Part shown: piece after piece, positions 1 through 8,010 of the stretch | Layout: each line of letters begins with the position of its first letter | Position numbering within the stretch: position 1 is the first letter of the stretch | Virus record (IMG/VR): IMGVR_UViG_3300031277_000002 | Coordinates: 1-61,854 of that record | Reading direction: 5' to 3' (one strand) | DNA: 61,854 bases | Origin: a virus | Lineage: Duplodnaviria > Caudoviricetes | Notes under the pieces: generated by a model | What the model saw: the letters and a program-made list of their open reading frames with translations, nothing else | The model's database searches: none | Told to the model about the DNA's origin: nothing | Position numbers and translations under genes: made by a program

Positions 1-1261
1 CAGGCCGGGACCAAAACAATTTATTAGTTTGTATGCTGATAGAAAGCATGGAAGAGAAAAAATAAAATATGATCACCCTTTGTTGGAAGATATATTAAAA
101 GAGACAAAAGGAATTATGTGCTACCAAGAAGAAATTATGGAAATATCTCGAACTTTGGCTGGATTTACTTTAGAGGAAGCAAATGTTATAAGAAAAGCTA
201 TGGGTAAAAAAATAGAATCATTGATGATAGAACAGGAGGAAAAATTTAAAAAAGGTTGTAAAAAAAATAATATTGATGAAAAAATTTATAATAAAATATT
301 TGAAGGAATTAAAAAATTTGCTTCTTATTCTTTCAACAAAGCTCACGCTTTAGCTTACGCTATGGTGGCGTATCAATGTGCTTTTTTAAAATCAAAATAT
401 CCTATAGAGTTTTATACAGCTTTGTTAAGAGTTGAAACAAATGATGTTAAAATAGATCATACAATTAAAGAAATGAAAAGTATGGGGATAAAAGTAAAAC
501 CATTAGATATAGAAATAAGTGATAAAAATTTTATAATTAATGATGATGTCGTTTATTATGGTTTTTGTAACATAAAAGGAATAGGAGAAAAGGCAGCGGA
601 AACTATAATAGAGGCTAGAAAGAAAAAACCAATAAAAAATTTTAAAGATTTTTTGTTGAATGAGCATATAAATAGAAGGGTTTGTAATAAAGGTATAGCT
701 GAAAAATTATTAAAAAGTTTTGTTTTTGGTAATAATTTTGAAGATAAACTTGAATTCTTAAAATGGTTTAATGATTCAAAACTTAAAAACAAAAAAGATT
801 CTTTGGAAAAAATATACAAAAACACAAAAAAGGGTTTTATATATTTGAGAGATGCGAATGAATTAAAAATAGAATATTTGACTGATGTAGAAAAAGTAAA
901 ATTAGAAAAAGAAATGTATTCTGCTAATTTAAGGCTTTCTCCGTTTGAGATAAATGGTAGAGAAGAAAAAATAAAAAAACTTGAAAAAAATAAAAAATCA
1001 GGAACATTTAAGAGTGGTTTTGAATATAAAACAGTTTTATTTAAAAACATAATAACAAGAAAAGATAAAAATGGAAACACTATGGCTTTTTTAGATATTG
1101 AGGATTTAAATGGCATTATTAAAAATGCGATAATATTCTCTAGTAATTTTGATAATAAACAATTAAAAGACGGTGTTTTTTGTGTTACCGGATCAGAGAG
1201 TGATAAATTTATTATAGATTCTTATAAAAATATTGATAATTTGTTTAAAAAACAACAATAA
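1..1261 (+). CDS. dnaE: DNA polymerase III alpha subunit, C-terminal part (5' end outside window)
   Basis: Frame is open from the window start (RPGP motif at nt 2-13). Motifs: ETKGIMCYQEE, RKAMGKK, FASYSFNKAHA, IKGIGEK (HhH), C-terminal OB fold (DKNGNTMAF). Confidence 0.93.
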   Translation, partial: RPGPKQFISLYADRKHGREKIKYDHPLLEDILKETKGIMCYQEEIMEISRTLAGFTLEEANVIRKAMGKKIESLMIEQEEKFKKGCKKNNIDEKIYNKIFEGIKKFASYSFNKAHALAYAMVAYQCAFLKSKYPIEFYTALLRVETNDVKIDHTIKEMKSMGIKVKPLDIEISDKNFIINDDVVYYGFCNIKGIGEKAAETIIEARKKKPIKNFKDFLLNEHINRRVCNKGIAEKLLKSFVFGNNFEDKLEFLKWFNDSKLKNKKDSLEKIYKNTKKGFIYLRDANELKIEYLTDVEKVKLEKEMYSANLRLSPFEINGREEKIKKLEKNKKSGTFKSGFEYKTVLFKNIITRKDKNGNTMAFLDIEDLNGIIKNAIIFSSNFDNKQLKDGVFCVTGSESDKFIIDSYKNIDNLFKKQQ

Positions 1262-1272
1262 AATCGTATATT
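1242..1272 (+). promoter_or_regulatory. Recurrent phage promoter, class A (TGTTWA-N15/16-TCGTATAWT)
   Basis: TGTTTA-16-TCGTATATT. The same bipartite motif recurs 14 times upstream of genes. Confidence 0.75.
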
Positions 1273-1287
1273 TAAATATAAAAAAAC

Positions 1288-1422
1288 TATGTATTTAAGA
1301 TACATCATAATTTTTATTTTGATTTAACTGAATGTAATTATTGGAGTAATGGAGATAATGTTTTTGTTAAACTTTTACCTACAGATGAAAAAATAATTGT
1401 AGAATTTTTTAATGAGGAATGA
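1288..1422 (+). pseudogene. Start-less remnant paralogous to the C-terminal half of ORF 24659-24910
   Basis: Reads YVFKIHHNFYFDLTECNYWSNGDNVFVKLLPTDEKIIVEFFNEE*, versus HYVVKISSNCYLDLTDGNCLDHAIYVLVKLLPPCEKVTVEFFNEE*. In-frame stop just upstream and no ATG. Confidence 0.7.
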
Positions 1423-1437
1423 GAATAGGGGTAATAT

Positions 1438-2289
1438 ATGTTTGAAAAAAATTGTTGTGATGGAATTTATAATTCGTTTGACATTCATTTTACAAGCGCT
1501 TGTGACAATAGATGCAAGCATTGTATAGACTCAAAATTTAAAGGGATTGGAATAAAGACCCCAGATATTAAGGCAATAACTAATACAATTATAAAAAATC
1601 AAGATGGATATGATGATGTACTGTTTCTTGGTGGTGAACCATGTCTATATTTAAATGAATTAATTGAATGTGTTGAGGTTTTAAAAGAAAAAACAAATTT
1701 AAAATTATTTGTAACTACAGCAGTTCCTAAAACTTGTTATGATAATTATGAAGAGTTTGAATATTTAATATCAATAATAGATGGAATAAACCTGTCGGTT
1801 CAAAGCCATAATGAAAAAATGGCCGATAATATACGATGTACTAAATCTAAATATGACAGACAAAAATTTTATAGTTGGTTGCCAATGAAAGAAAAAATTC
1901 GTATAAATCTTAATATAGTAAAGCCATATCTATATACTAAAAAAGATATAACAGAGTGTCTTTTGCATTATGATAAAATGGGATTTAATTCAATCAAACT
2001 ATCTGAAATACAACACGGAAAAGATTATTATGTTTCTTTTGAAAAAGTATTCGGATTACATTATGGTTCTGCTTATTTTAATGGGTGCCAAAAATATATA
2101 GATACATCAAAAATAATTCCAGGAATGAAGACACCATTATTATTAAAAAGGTCTTGTTTTTTATGTGAGGAAACATTAAAGGCGAATTTTTTAGACGCGG
2201 TAAAGGTTGTTCAAAAAATATGGAATCAGCCTAAAAATAAATATGCTGTTGTATACAGTAATGGATTATTAAGTAAAGGATGGATATAA
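1438..2289 (+). CDS. Radical SAM enzyme (candidate peptide maturase)
   Basis: CxxxCxxC (CDNRCKHC) and LGGEP motifs; extra Cys residues at the N terminus (NCCDG) and C terminus (GCQ...SCFLC). Confidence 0.9.
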   Translation: MFEKNCCDGIYNSFDIHFTSACDNRCKHCIDSKFKGIGIKTPDIKAITNTIIKNQDGYDDVLFLGGEPCLYLNELIECVEVLKEKTNLKLFVTTAVPKTCYDNYEEFEYLISIIDGINLSVQSHNEKMADNIRCTKSKYDRQKFYSWLPMKEKIRINLNIVKPYLYTKKDITECLLHYDKMGFNSIKLSEIQHGKDYYVSFEKVFGLHYGSAYFNGCQKYIDTSKIIPGMKTPLLLKRSCFLCEETLKANFLDAVKVVQKIWNQPKNKYAVVYSNGLLSKGWI

Positions 2290-2290
2290 T

Positions 2291-2401
2291 ATGTTTACAA
2301 AAATGTTGAGAAAAATTGTTGCGAAAATTAACAGAGAAAGACATCATAGTGGGCATTGTGATAGTGACGATAGTGGTAGTGGACATTGTGATTATTATTA
2401 A
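2291..2401 (+). CDS. 36-aa candidate RiPP precursor MFTKMLRKIVAKINRERHHSGHCDSDDSGSGHCDYY
   Basis: ATG lies 1 nt after the rSAM stop, with AAGGA upstream. Basic amphipathic leader plus duplicated SGHCD; the two copies differ by a synonymous Gly codon (GGG/GGA). Confidence 0.75.
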   Translation: MFTKMLRKIVAKINRERHHSGHCDSDDSGSGHCDYY

Positions 2402-2457
2402 ATAACAGGAAAATAATATGCCAAAAAAATATATAAGGAATAAAAAAAGAGGAAAAT

Positions 2458-2979
2458 ATGAAAAAAAAATTGTCTGATAAAAAAGGAAAAGTTGTAGTAA
2501 CTTCAGAAATTCCAGATGAATATAAAATTTTAAACATTATAGTAAACGGAAGAAATATTGTATTGAATATTGATAATATTCTTACTATAGCCAATTTGCA
2601 TAACGAATCTGAAGTTTTAAATTCTATGAATAAAGCATGCAGTTACTATCATTCTTTTTCCAGGATTGAATCAGATCTACAAACTTTGATTATTGATTGT
2701 GAGAAAAAGTTCAAAATTTGGATGTCTATTAAGAAAAGTGAATATAATTCAAAAGATTTTAATTCTGAATCTGCAAAAGAAAGAGCCGTAATAACTGATT
2801 ATGAAGAAGATTATTTAAAAAAGACAAACAAAATTGAAAAATTAAAAAGTTATGAAAAACAATGTTCCATTGCTAAAAAAGCTATGGAAAAACATGTTGA
2901 TATGATTAGGTCAATCGGTAAGATTGTCCATGATCAGAAATCAGATCCAAAAAACACATCTGATTCTGACGAAATTTAA
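2458..2979 (+). CDS. Helical protein, possibly a UvsY-like recombination mediator
   Basis: Coiled-coil-like protein of UvsY size, directly upstream of SSB and RecA; the call is mostly positional. Confidence 0.45.
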   Translation: MKKKLSDKKGKVVVTSEIPDEYKILNIIVNGRNIVLNIDNILTIANLHNESEVLNSMNKACSYYHSFSRIESDLQTLIIDCEKKFKIWMSIKKSEYNSKDFNSESAKERAVITDYEEDYLKKTNKIEKLKSYEKQCSIAKKAMEKHVDMIRSIGKIVHDQKSDPKNTSDSDEI

Positions 2980-2994
2980 AAGAAAGGAGAAGTT

Positions 2995-4026
2995 ATGCCA
3001 AAAAAATCATTAGCAAATGAGAATGATACCGCAGAAGTTAATAGAGTGATAGAGAGAAATTCTAACTCTAAAAAAATTATCAAAATTGAAAACAAAGCTT
3101 ATATAAGAATTATGTCAATTGAGTATAATACAGAGTTTGTTCATTTTATAGACAAAAAGCCTTATGTTTGTCTTGGTGACTTTTCAAAGGATGAAGGATA
3201 TGCTCCTAAAAAATGTCCAGCTTGCGCAAGTGTAGAAAAAAAATGGAATCAGTACAATGAAGCCAAAAAAGAAAAAAAAGAAAATTTAATGAAGAAAATA
3301 CTAGATGAGATAAATGATATTCAAACTCAACATCAAACAGCTATGGGGGCCGTTAAAGGGAATATAACAACAGAAGAGAACGAAGATGGAGAATTAGAAT
3401 CTAGGATTGTGTGGGAAAAAGAGGCTAAATGTTTACTTTTATCTTCAGCTCAGTGGAGAAAATTAACATCATCTATTTTTGAAGATTATGAATATATGAA
3501 ATCTTCAAAAGATATCATTAATAGAAGTTTGTTGTTTGTGAAAAAATCAAAAACAAACAAAAAAACAAACAATAAATATTCAGAAATAGAAATCAAACCT
3601 TCAAAGAAAAAAAGTGATCCTCCAGAAATTGAAAACGAATTGCCCGATTTAGAAGAGTTTTTTAATCATGTTTCAAGAGAAGAAATGGAAGATTTATTGA
3701 ACGAAGGTTCTGAAGAAAGTAAAAACCTGAAAGAAATTGACGAAGATCTCGAACTTGACCAAGAAGAAGAAAAACCAAAAAAGAAAAAATCAGGTTCCAA
3801 AAAAACAACAACTAAATCAAAAAAGAAAACCACGAAGAAAAAGGAAGAAAAGTACGAAGATTTAGAGGATGAAGATGAGGACGATGACGTTCCTGATTTT
3901 GTAAAAGACTCTGACGAAGATTTAGAAAAAACAACTGAAGAAGAAGATGATGATGACGATGATTTCGATGATGATCTTGATTTTGAAGACGATGAAGATT
4001 ATGACGATTTCGATGACGAAGATTAA
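2995..4026 (+). CDS. Putative ssDNA-binding protein (gp32-like) with long acidic tail
   Basis: H...C...CPAC Zn ligands; Lys-rich then Asp/Glu-rich C terminus; upstream of RecA. Confidence 0.65.
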   Translation: MPKKSLANENDTAEVNRVIERNSNSKKIIKIENKAYIRIMSIEYNTEFVHFIDKKPYVCLGDFSKDEGYAPKKCPACASVEKKWNQYNEAKKEKKENLMKKILDEINDIQTQHQTAMGAVKGNITTEENEDGELESRIVWEKEAKCLLLSSAQWRKLTSSIFEDYEYMKSSKDIINRSLLFVKKSKTNKKTNNKYSEIEIKPSKKKSDPPEIENELPDLEEFFNHVSREEMEDLLNEGSEESKNLKEIDEDLELDQEEEKPKKKKSGSKKTTTKSKKKTTKKKEEKYEDLEDEDEDDDVPDFVKDSDEDLEKTTEEEDDDDDDFDDDLDFEDDEDYDDFDDED

Positions 4027-4044
4027 AATCGAAAAGTATTTTTT

Positions 4045-4072
4045 AAAGCCCACTTTAATTAGTGGGCTTTTT
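4045..4072 (+). terminator. Intrinsic terminator
   Basis: AAAGCCCACT-ttaatt-AGTGGGCTTT followed by TT. Confidence 0.8.
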
Positions 4073-4088
4073 GTTATAAGGAAAAAAT

Positions 4089-5378
4089 ATGGGAAGACCT
4101 AAAAAAAATAAAACATCAGAAGATGTAAAAAAAAGTTTTAAGAATGACAGTTCCAATAATTCAAACATATCTCAGAATATGGGTTATGATCCCGGCAATG
4201 CTCCAGAAATGTTTGTTAATAAAAATAAGCCAAAAAAAACAAATAACAAAACTACAAAAACAAAAAAACAAGACCCTTTTGAATATATTAAAAAAAAGTA
4301 TGGAGAAGGTAAAATTTTTTCTTTGCCTGAAAAAAATGAAGGATATAATCCAAAAGATTTTATAAATTCTGGCAGCATGTGTCTTAATTATATAATGACT
4401 GGTGACTATAGATGTGGATTTCCAAAAAATAGGCCCATAGAGCTTTCAGGAAGAGAAGGGGTATGTAAAAGTACTTTGGCGTTAACTGCATCTAAATATG
4501 CAACCAGGAATAAAAAAATGGTTTTATATTCGGACGCAGAGAATGGGTTAAACGAACATTATGCAAAACAGTTAAAAATAAATAGAGATTATTTTCATTT
4601 CTTCATATCTGATAACATGGAAGAAGCTTTTGAAATATCCGAAGATCTTCTTTCTAACTTTGATTATGATATGTTTGTTTTTGATTCTATAGGCGGGTCA
4701 AGACCAAAATCATACATGGAAGGTGATTATTCTGATAAAAATATAGGATCACACGCAAAATTAACAGGAAAAGGTGTTTTAAGGTTAGGAAAAATTTGTA
4801 TTCATAAAAACACAGCAATGGTTTTAATCAACCAAATAGGTGATTCTAATTTTGGAGGATTTGGACCAACTTCTGACACAAAGGGCGGAAAAACTCTTAA
4901 ATTTCAATTGTGGATTAGAGTTGAGTTAACAGCACCTAGGGGAGGAAAAGTAGAAGAAAAAATAAAACAAAAAGGAACGTTAGATGATGTAATTGATGTT
5001 GAAAAAAATAAAGAAGAGGACGCAGAAGATGGTAAAAAGAAAAAGTCTATTTCTAATACTATAGAAACAGGAACTATAATAAGAGCAAAAACAATTAAAA
5101 ATAAATTTTTTGTTCCTTATAGAACATGCAGGCTTAAATTAATATATGGGAAAGGTTTTGATAAAAAATTTGATTTTCTTGAATATTTAGACATGCATGG
5201 GTTGGCAAAGAGGGATGGAAAAAAGAAAATTATTTACAATAAAAAAGGCATGCTTAATTCTTCTTTTTGGAAAAAATATAAAGAAGATGATGTTTTTAAA
5301 AAGGAAATTTGGGAGAAAATAGAAAATCATAGAAAATCACTTCAAATGATTGAAGAGGATGAAAGTTTTTTAGATTAG
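4089..5378 (+). CDS. recA: RecA/UvsX-like recombinase
   Basis: INSGS..L, GFP..R.IEL.G, Walker A GREGVCKST, DAEN, Walker B VFDSI, INQ, GGKTLKF, KNK. Confidence 0.9.
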   Translation: MGRPKKNKTSEDVKKSFKNDSSNNSNISQNMGYDPGNAPEMFVNKNKPKKTNNKTTKTKKQDPFEYIKKKYGEGKIFSLPEKNEGYNPKDFINSGSMCLNYIMTGDYRCGFPKNRPIELSGREGVCKSTLALTASKYATRNKKMVLYSDAENGLNEHYAKQLKINRDYFHFFISDNMEEAFEISEDLLSNFDYDMFVFDSIGGSRPKSYMEGDYSDKNIGSHAKLTGKGVLRLGKICIHKNTAMVLINQIGDSNFGGFGPTSDTKGGKTLKFQLWIRVELTAPRGGKVEEKIKQKGTLDDVIDVEKNKEEDAEDGKKKKSISNTIETGTIIRAKTIKNKFFVPYRTCRLKLIYGKGFDKKFDFLEYLDMHGLAKRDGKKKIIYNKKGMLNSSFWKKYKEDDVFKKEIWEKIENHRKSLQMIEEDESFLD

Positions 5379-5399
5379 TTTTTAAAACTGGAGAAAAAC

Positions 5400-5678
5400 A
5401 TGTGTAAATATAAATTTAAGATTCCAGAGAAAATAAAAGAATTTAATGATAAATTTTTATACCCAGATAAAGATAAATTAATAAATAAAGTGTTATTAAA
5501 ATATTATAAAAAACATCCAATAAAGTTTAAAAATATGTTAAAAAATGCAAGGGTTGAATTAAAAAGAAATAAAAATGGAATGTTTGTTGAAAATTATTAT
5601 TATAAAAATGAATTAATATGTTCATGGAATTATAATCTGGATTATATAAGAAATCATGGAGATTTGTATATTTTTTAA
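5400..5678 (+). CDS. Hypothetical protein
   Basis: ORF with GGAG RBS. Confidence 0.6.
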   Translation: MCKYKFKIPEKIKEFNDKFLYPDKDKLINKVLLKYYKKHPIKFKNMLKNARVELKRNKNGMFVENYYYKNELICSWNYNLDYIRNHGDLYIF

Positions 5679-5693
5679 ATAAGGGGCAAAACA

Positions 5694-6839
5694 ATGAAAG
5701 AAATAATTACGGCTGATTGGCATATTGGACAAACTTCTGATAGTTTTGTTGAAGATAATGGACAAGAAAGATCTATCAATGAAACAGAAAAACAAATGTA
5801 CTGTATTTTGGATTATGCAATAGAAAATAAAATAAAAAAAATAAATATACTTGGTGACATATTTGAAACTCAAAATCCAATAGCTAAACATAATGAAATT
5901 TTTAATAAATTTTTAAAAAAATGTAACAGTTTAGGGATAGAGGTTATTTTAGTTGCTGGAAATCATTGCCAAAATAATTCAGGAGGAGTTTCTTCTATAT
6001 CTCCTGTAAAAAAAATGAATTTTGAAAATATATCTGTTTTCGATGAAAAGATAGATAGTTATACATTTGGTGACATTAATTATATAATAATACCACATTT
6101 AACAAAAAAACAAATGGGAATAGAGAATATAAAAAACTATGAATCTGGTCAAAAAAAATATATAAAAGATGAGGTTTTGAAAAAGATAAAAAAAGATAAA
6201 AAAAATATTATTTTTACTCACATTCATATAAAAGGCGGAGTTATAGGGTCAGAACAAAAAAGATTGAGGGGTGGAATAAATATATTTCCAAAAATATCTT
6301 CAGGTAAAATAGATTTTATTTTTTCAGGACATCTTCATTCTTATCAAACAATTAAAATGGAAAATATAAATTGTTTTTATCCTGGATCAATAACCAGAAA
6401 TGATTTTTCTGAATGCAAAGAGGATAAAGGTTTTATAGTATTTAATAATGAAAAATTGAGCGTTGATTTTGTTAAATTAAAAACAACTGATTATAAAGTT
6501 GTAAGAATAAATTTGATAGAAAAAGGAAATATAAACCTTAACGAAGAAAAAGTAAAAAAATCTGTAAATAAAAAAATAGTTAAAATTGTAATAGATATTT
6601 CTGAAGATAATAAAAAAAGAATAAACTTAGAAGATATAATTAATATTTTTTCTAAATACTGTTTTGTAGCAAAAACCGAAGTAAATGTTATAAAAAAAGA
6701 AATTAAAATTTCAGAGATAAAGTCATATAATCCAATAAATGTTTTTAAATCTCATATAAAAAACAATGTAGAAAACAAAGAGCAAAGAATTTTTGTTTTA
6801 AACAAAGGTGTAGAAATTTTGACGGAGTTGTATAAATGA
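5694..6839 (+). CDS. sbcD: SbcD/Mre11-family metallophosphoesterase nuclease
   Basis: ADWHIG, GDIFE, GNH, SGHLH, YPGS motifs. Confidence 0.9.
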   Translation: MKEIITADWHIGQTSDSFVEDNGQERSINETEKQMYCILDYAIENKIKKINILGDIFETQNPIAKHNEIFNKFLKKCNSLGIEVILVAGNHCQNNSGGVSSISPVKKMNFENISVFDEKIDSYTFGDINYIIIPHLTKKQMGIENIKNYESGQKKYIKDEVLKKIKKDKKNIIFTHIHIKGGVIGSEQKRLRGGINIFPKISSGKIDFIFSGHLHSYQTIKMENINCFYPGSITRNDFSECKEDKGFIVFNNEKLSVDFVKLKTTDYKVVRINLIEKGNINLNEEKVKKSVNKKIVKIVIDISEDNKKRINLEDIINIFSKYCFVAKTEVNVIKKEIKISEIKSYNPINVFKSHIKNNVENKEQRIFVLNKGVEILTELYK

Positions 6840-6846
6840 AAATAGA
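6812..6846 (+). repeat. 35-bp direct repeat, copy 1
   Basis: AGAAATTTTGACGGAGTTGTATAAATGAAAATAGA, identical at 7976-8010. Confidence 0.95.
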
Positions 6847-7963
6847 TAACTTCATTAAAATGAATTTATTTTCAAATCAAATAATTAATGGTGATGCAAA
6901 ATTGGTTCTTACTAAATTAAAAGATTACTATTTAAATGAAATAAAATGTATTTACATCGATCCACCCTATAATAATGGTGATATATATAACCATTATAAT
7001 GATAAAAAATCTCATGAGGATTGGATTAATGAATTAGAAATTATATTAATAAATTTAAAAGAATTATTAACAAAAGATGGAAGTTTATGGATTTCTATTG
7101 ATGATAAAAACATGCATTATTTGAAAGTTCTTGCAAATAAAATTTTTGGTTTTAATAATTTTATTCACACAATTGTCTGGCAACATAGAACAACAAGAGA
7201 GAACAGAAATATATTTTCAAATAATCATGAATATATTCTTATTTATTCAAAATGTCGTGATTCATTTAAAAAAAGTAGAAACAAAATAATTAACAAAAAT
7301 AACAACTTATCAAGATTTAAAAATTATGACAATGATCCAAGAGGTCCATGGCAATCTGTAACAGCTCATGTACAAGATGGACATGCTGTAAGTTCACAAT
7401 TTTATGAAATTACAGCTCCTAATGGTAAAATTCATCAATTACCTAAAGGTCGTTGTTGGGTCTATTCAAAAGAAAAAATGAAAAAAGAAATTCAAAACAA
7501 TAATATATGGTTTGGAAAAAATGGTACTGGAGTACCTCGTATTAAGTATTTTAAGAAAAAAGATTCTCATTTAGTTACGCCAGAAACTCTTTGGCTTTCA
7601 GAAGATGTTGGAACGACAACAAAAGCAAAAAAACATATTTTAAAATTATTGGGGAAAGATGATATTGTGTTTGATACTCCAAAGCCTGAAGAATTACTTA
7701 ATAGAATTTTAAATATAGCAACTAATGAAGGAGATATTATTCTTGATTGTTTTCTTGGATCAGGAACAACAGCGGCAACTGCGCATAAAATGAATAGAAA
7801 ATATATTGGTATAGAAAAGAATAAAAATGCAGCCCAATACGCTTCTTCTAGGATAACTAAAGTAATTAATGGTGAAGATGGAGGAATATCTAAACTAGTA
7901 AAATGGAAAGGTGGTAATAGTTTTTCATCATTTATTCCATTTGAAAACTTGAATAAAAAATAG
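6836..7963 (+). CDS. Beta-class amino-DNA methyltransferase (Mod-like, probably N6-adenine), orphan
   Basis: YIDPPY, FDTPKPE and LDCFLGSGTT motifs. Confidence 0.9.
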   Translation: MKIDNFIKMNLFSNQIINGDAKLVLTKLKDYYLNEIKCIYIDPPYNNGDIYNHYNDKKSHEDWINELEIILINLKELLTKDGSLWISIDDKNMHYLKVLANKIFGFNNFIHTIVWQHRTTRENRNIFSNNHEYILIYSKCRDSFKKSRNKIINKNNNLSRFKNYDNDPRGPWQSVTAHVQDGHAVSSQFYEITAPNGKIHQLPKGRCWVYSKEKMKKEIQNNNIWFGKNGTGVPRIKYFKKKDSHLVTPETLWLSEDVGTTTKAKKHILKLLGKDDIVFDTPKPEELLNRILNIATNEGDIILDCFLGSGTTAATAHKMNRKYIGIEKNKNAAQYASSRITKVINGEDGGISKLVKWKGGNSFSSFIPFENLNKK

Positions 7964-7975
7964 AATTTAAAAAAA

Positions 7976-8010
7976 AGAAATTTTGACGGAGTTGTATAAA
8001 TGAAAATAGA
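7976..8010 (+). repeat. 35-bp direct repeat, copy 2
   Basis: Identical to 6812-6846; includes the RBS and start of sbcC. Confidence 0.95.

Noticed and set aside
3860-4026. GAT/GAC/GAA tandem-like repeats
   Set aside because: Explained by the acidic tail of the SSB-like protein.
6836-7963. Type III restriction-modification system
   Set aside because: No Res helicase-nuclease is adjacent; the MTase is an orphan insertion.
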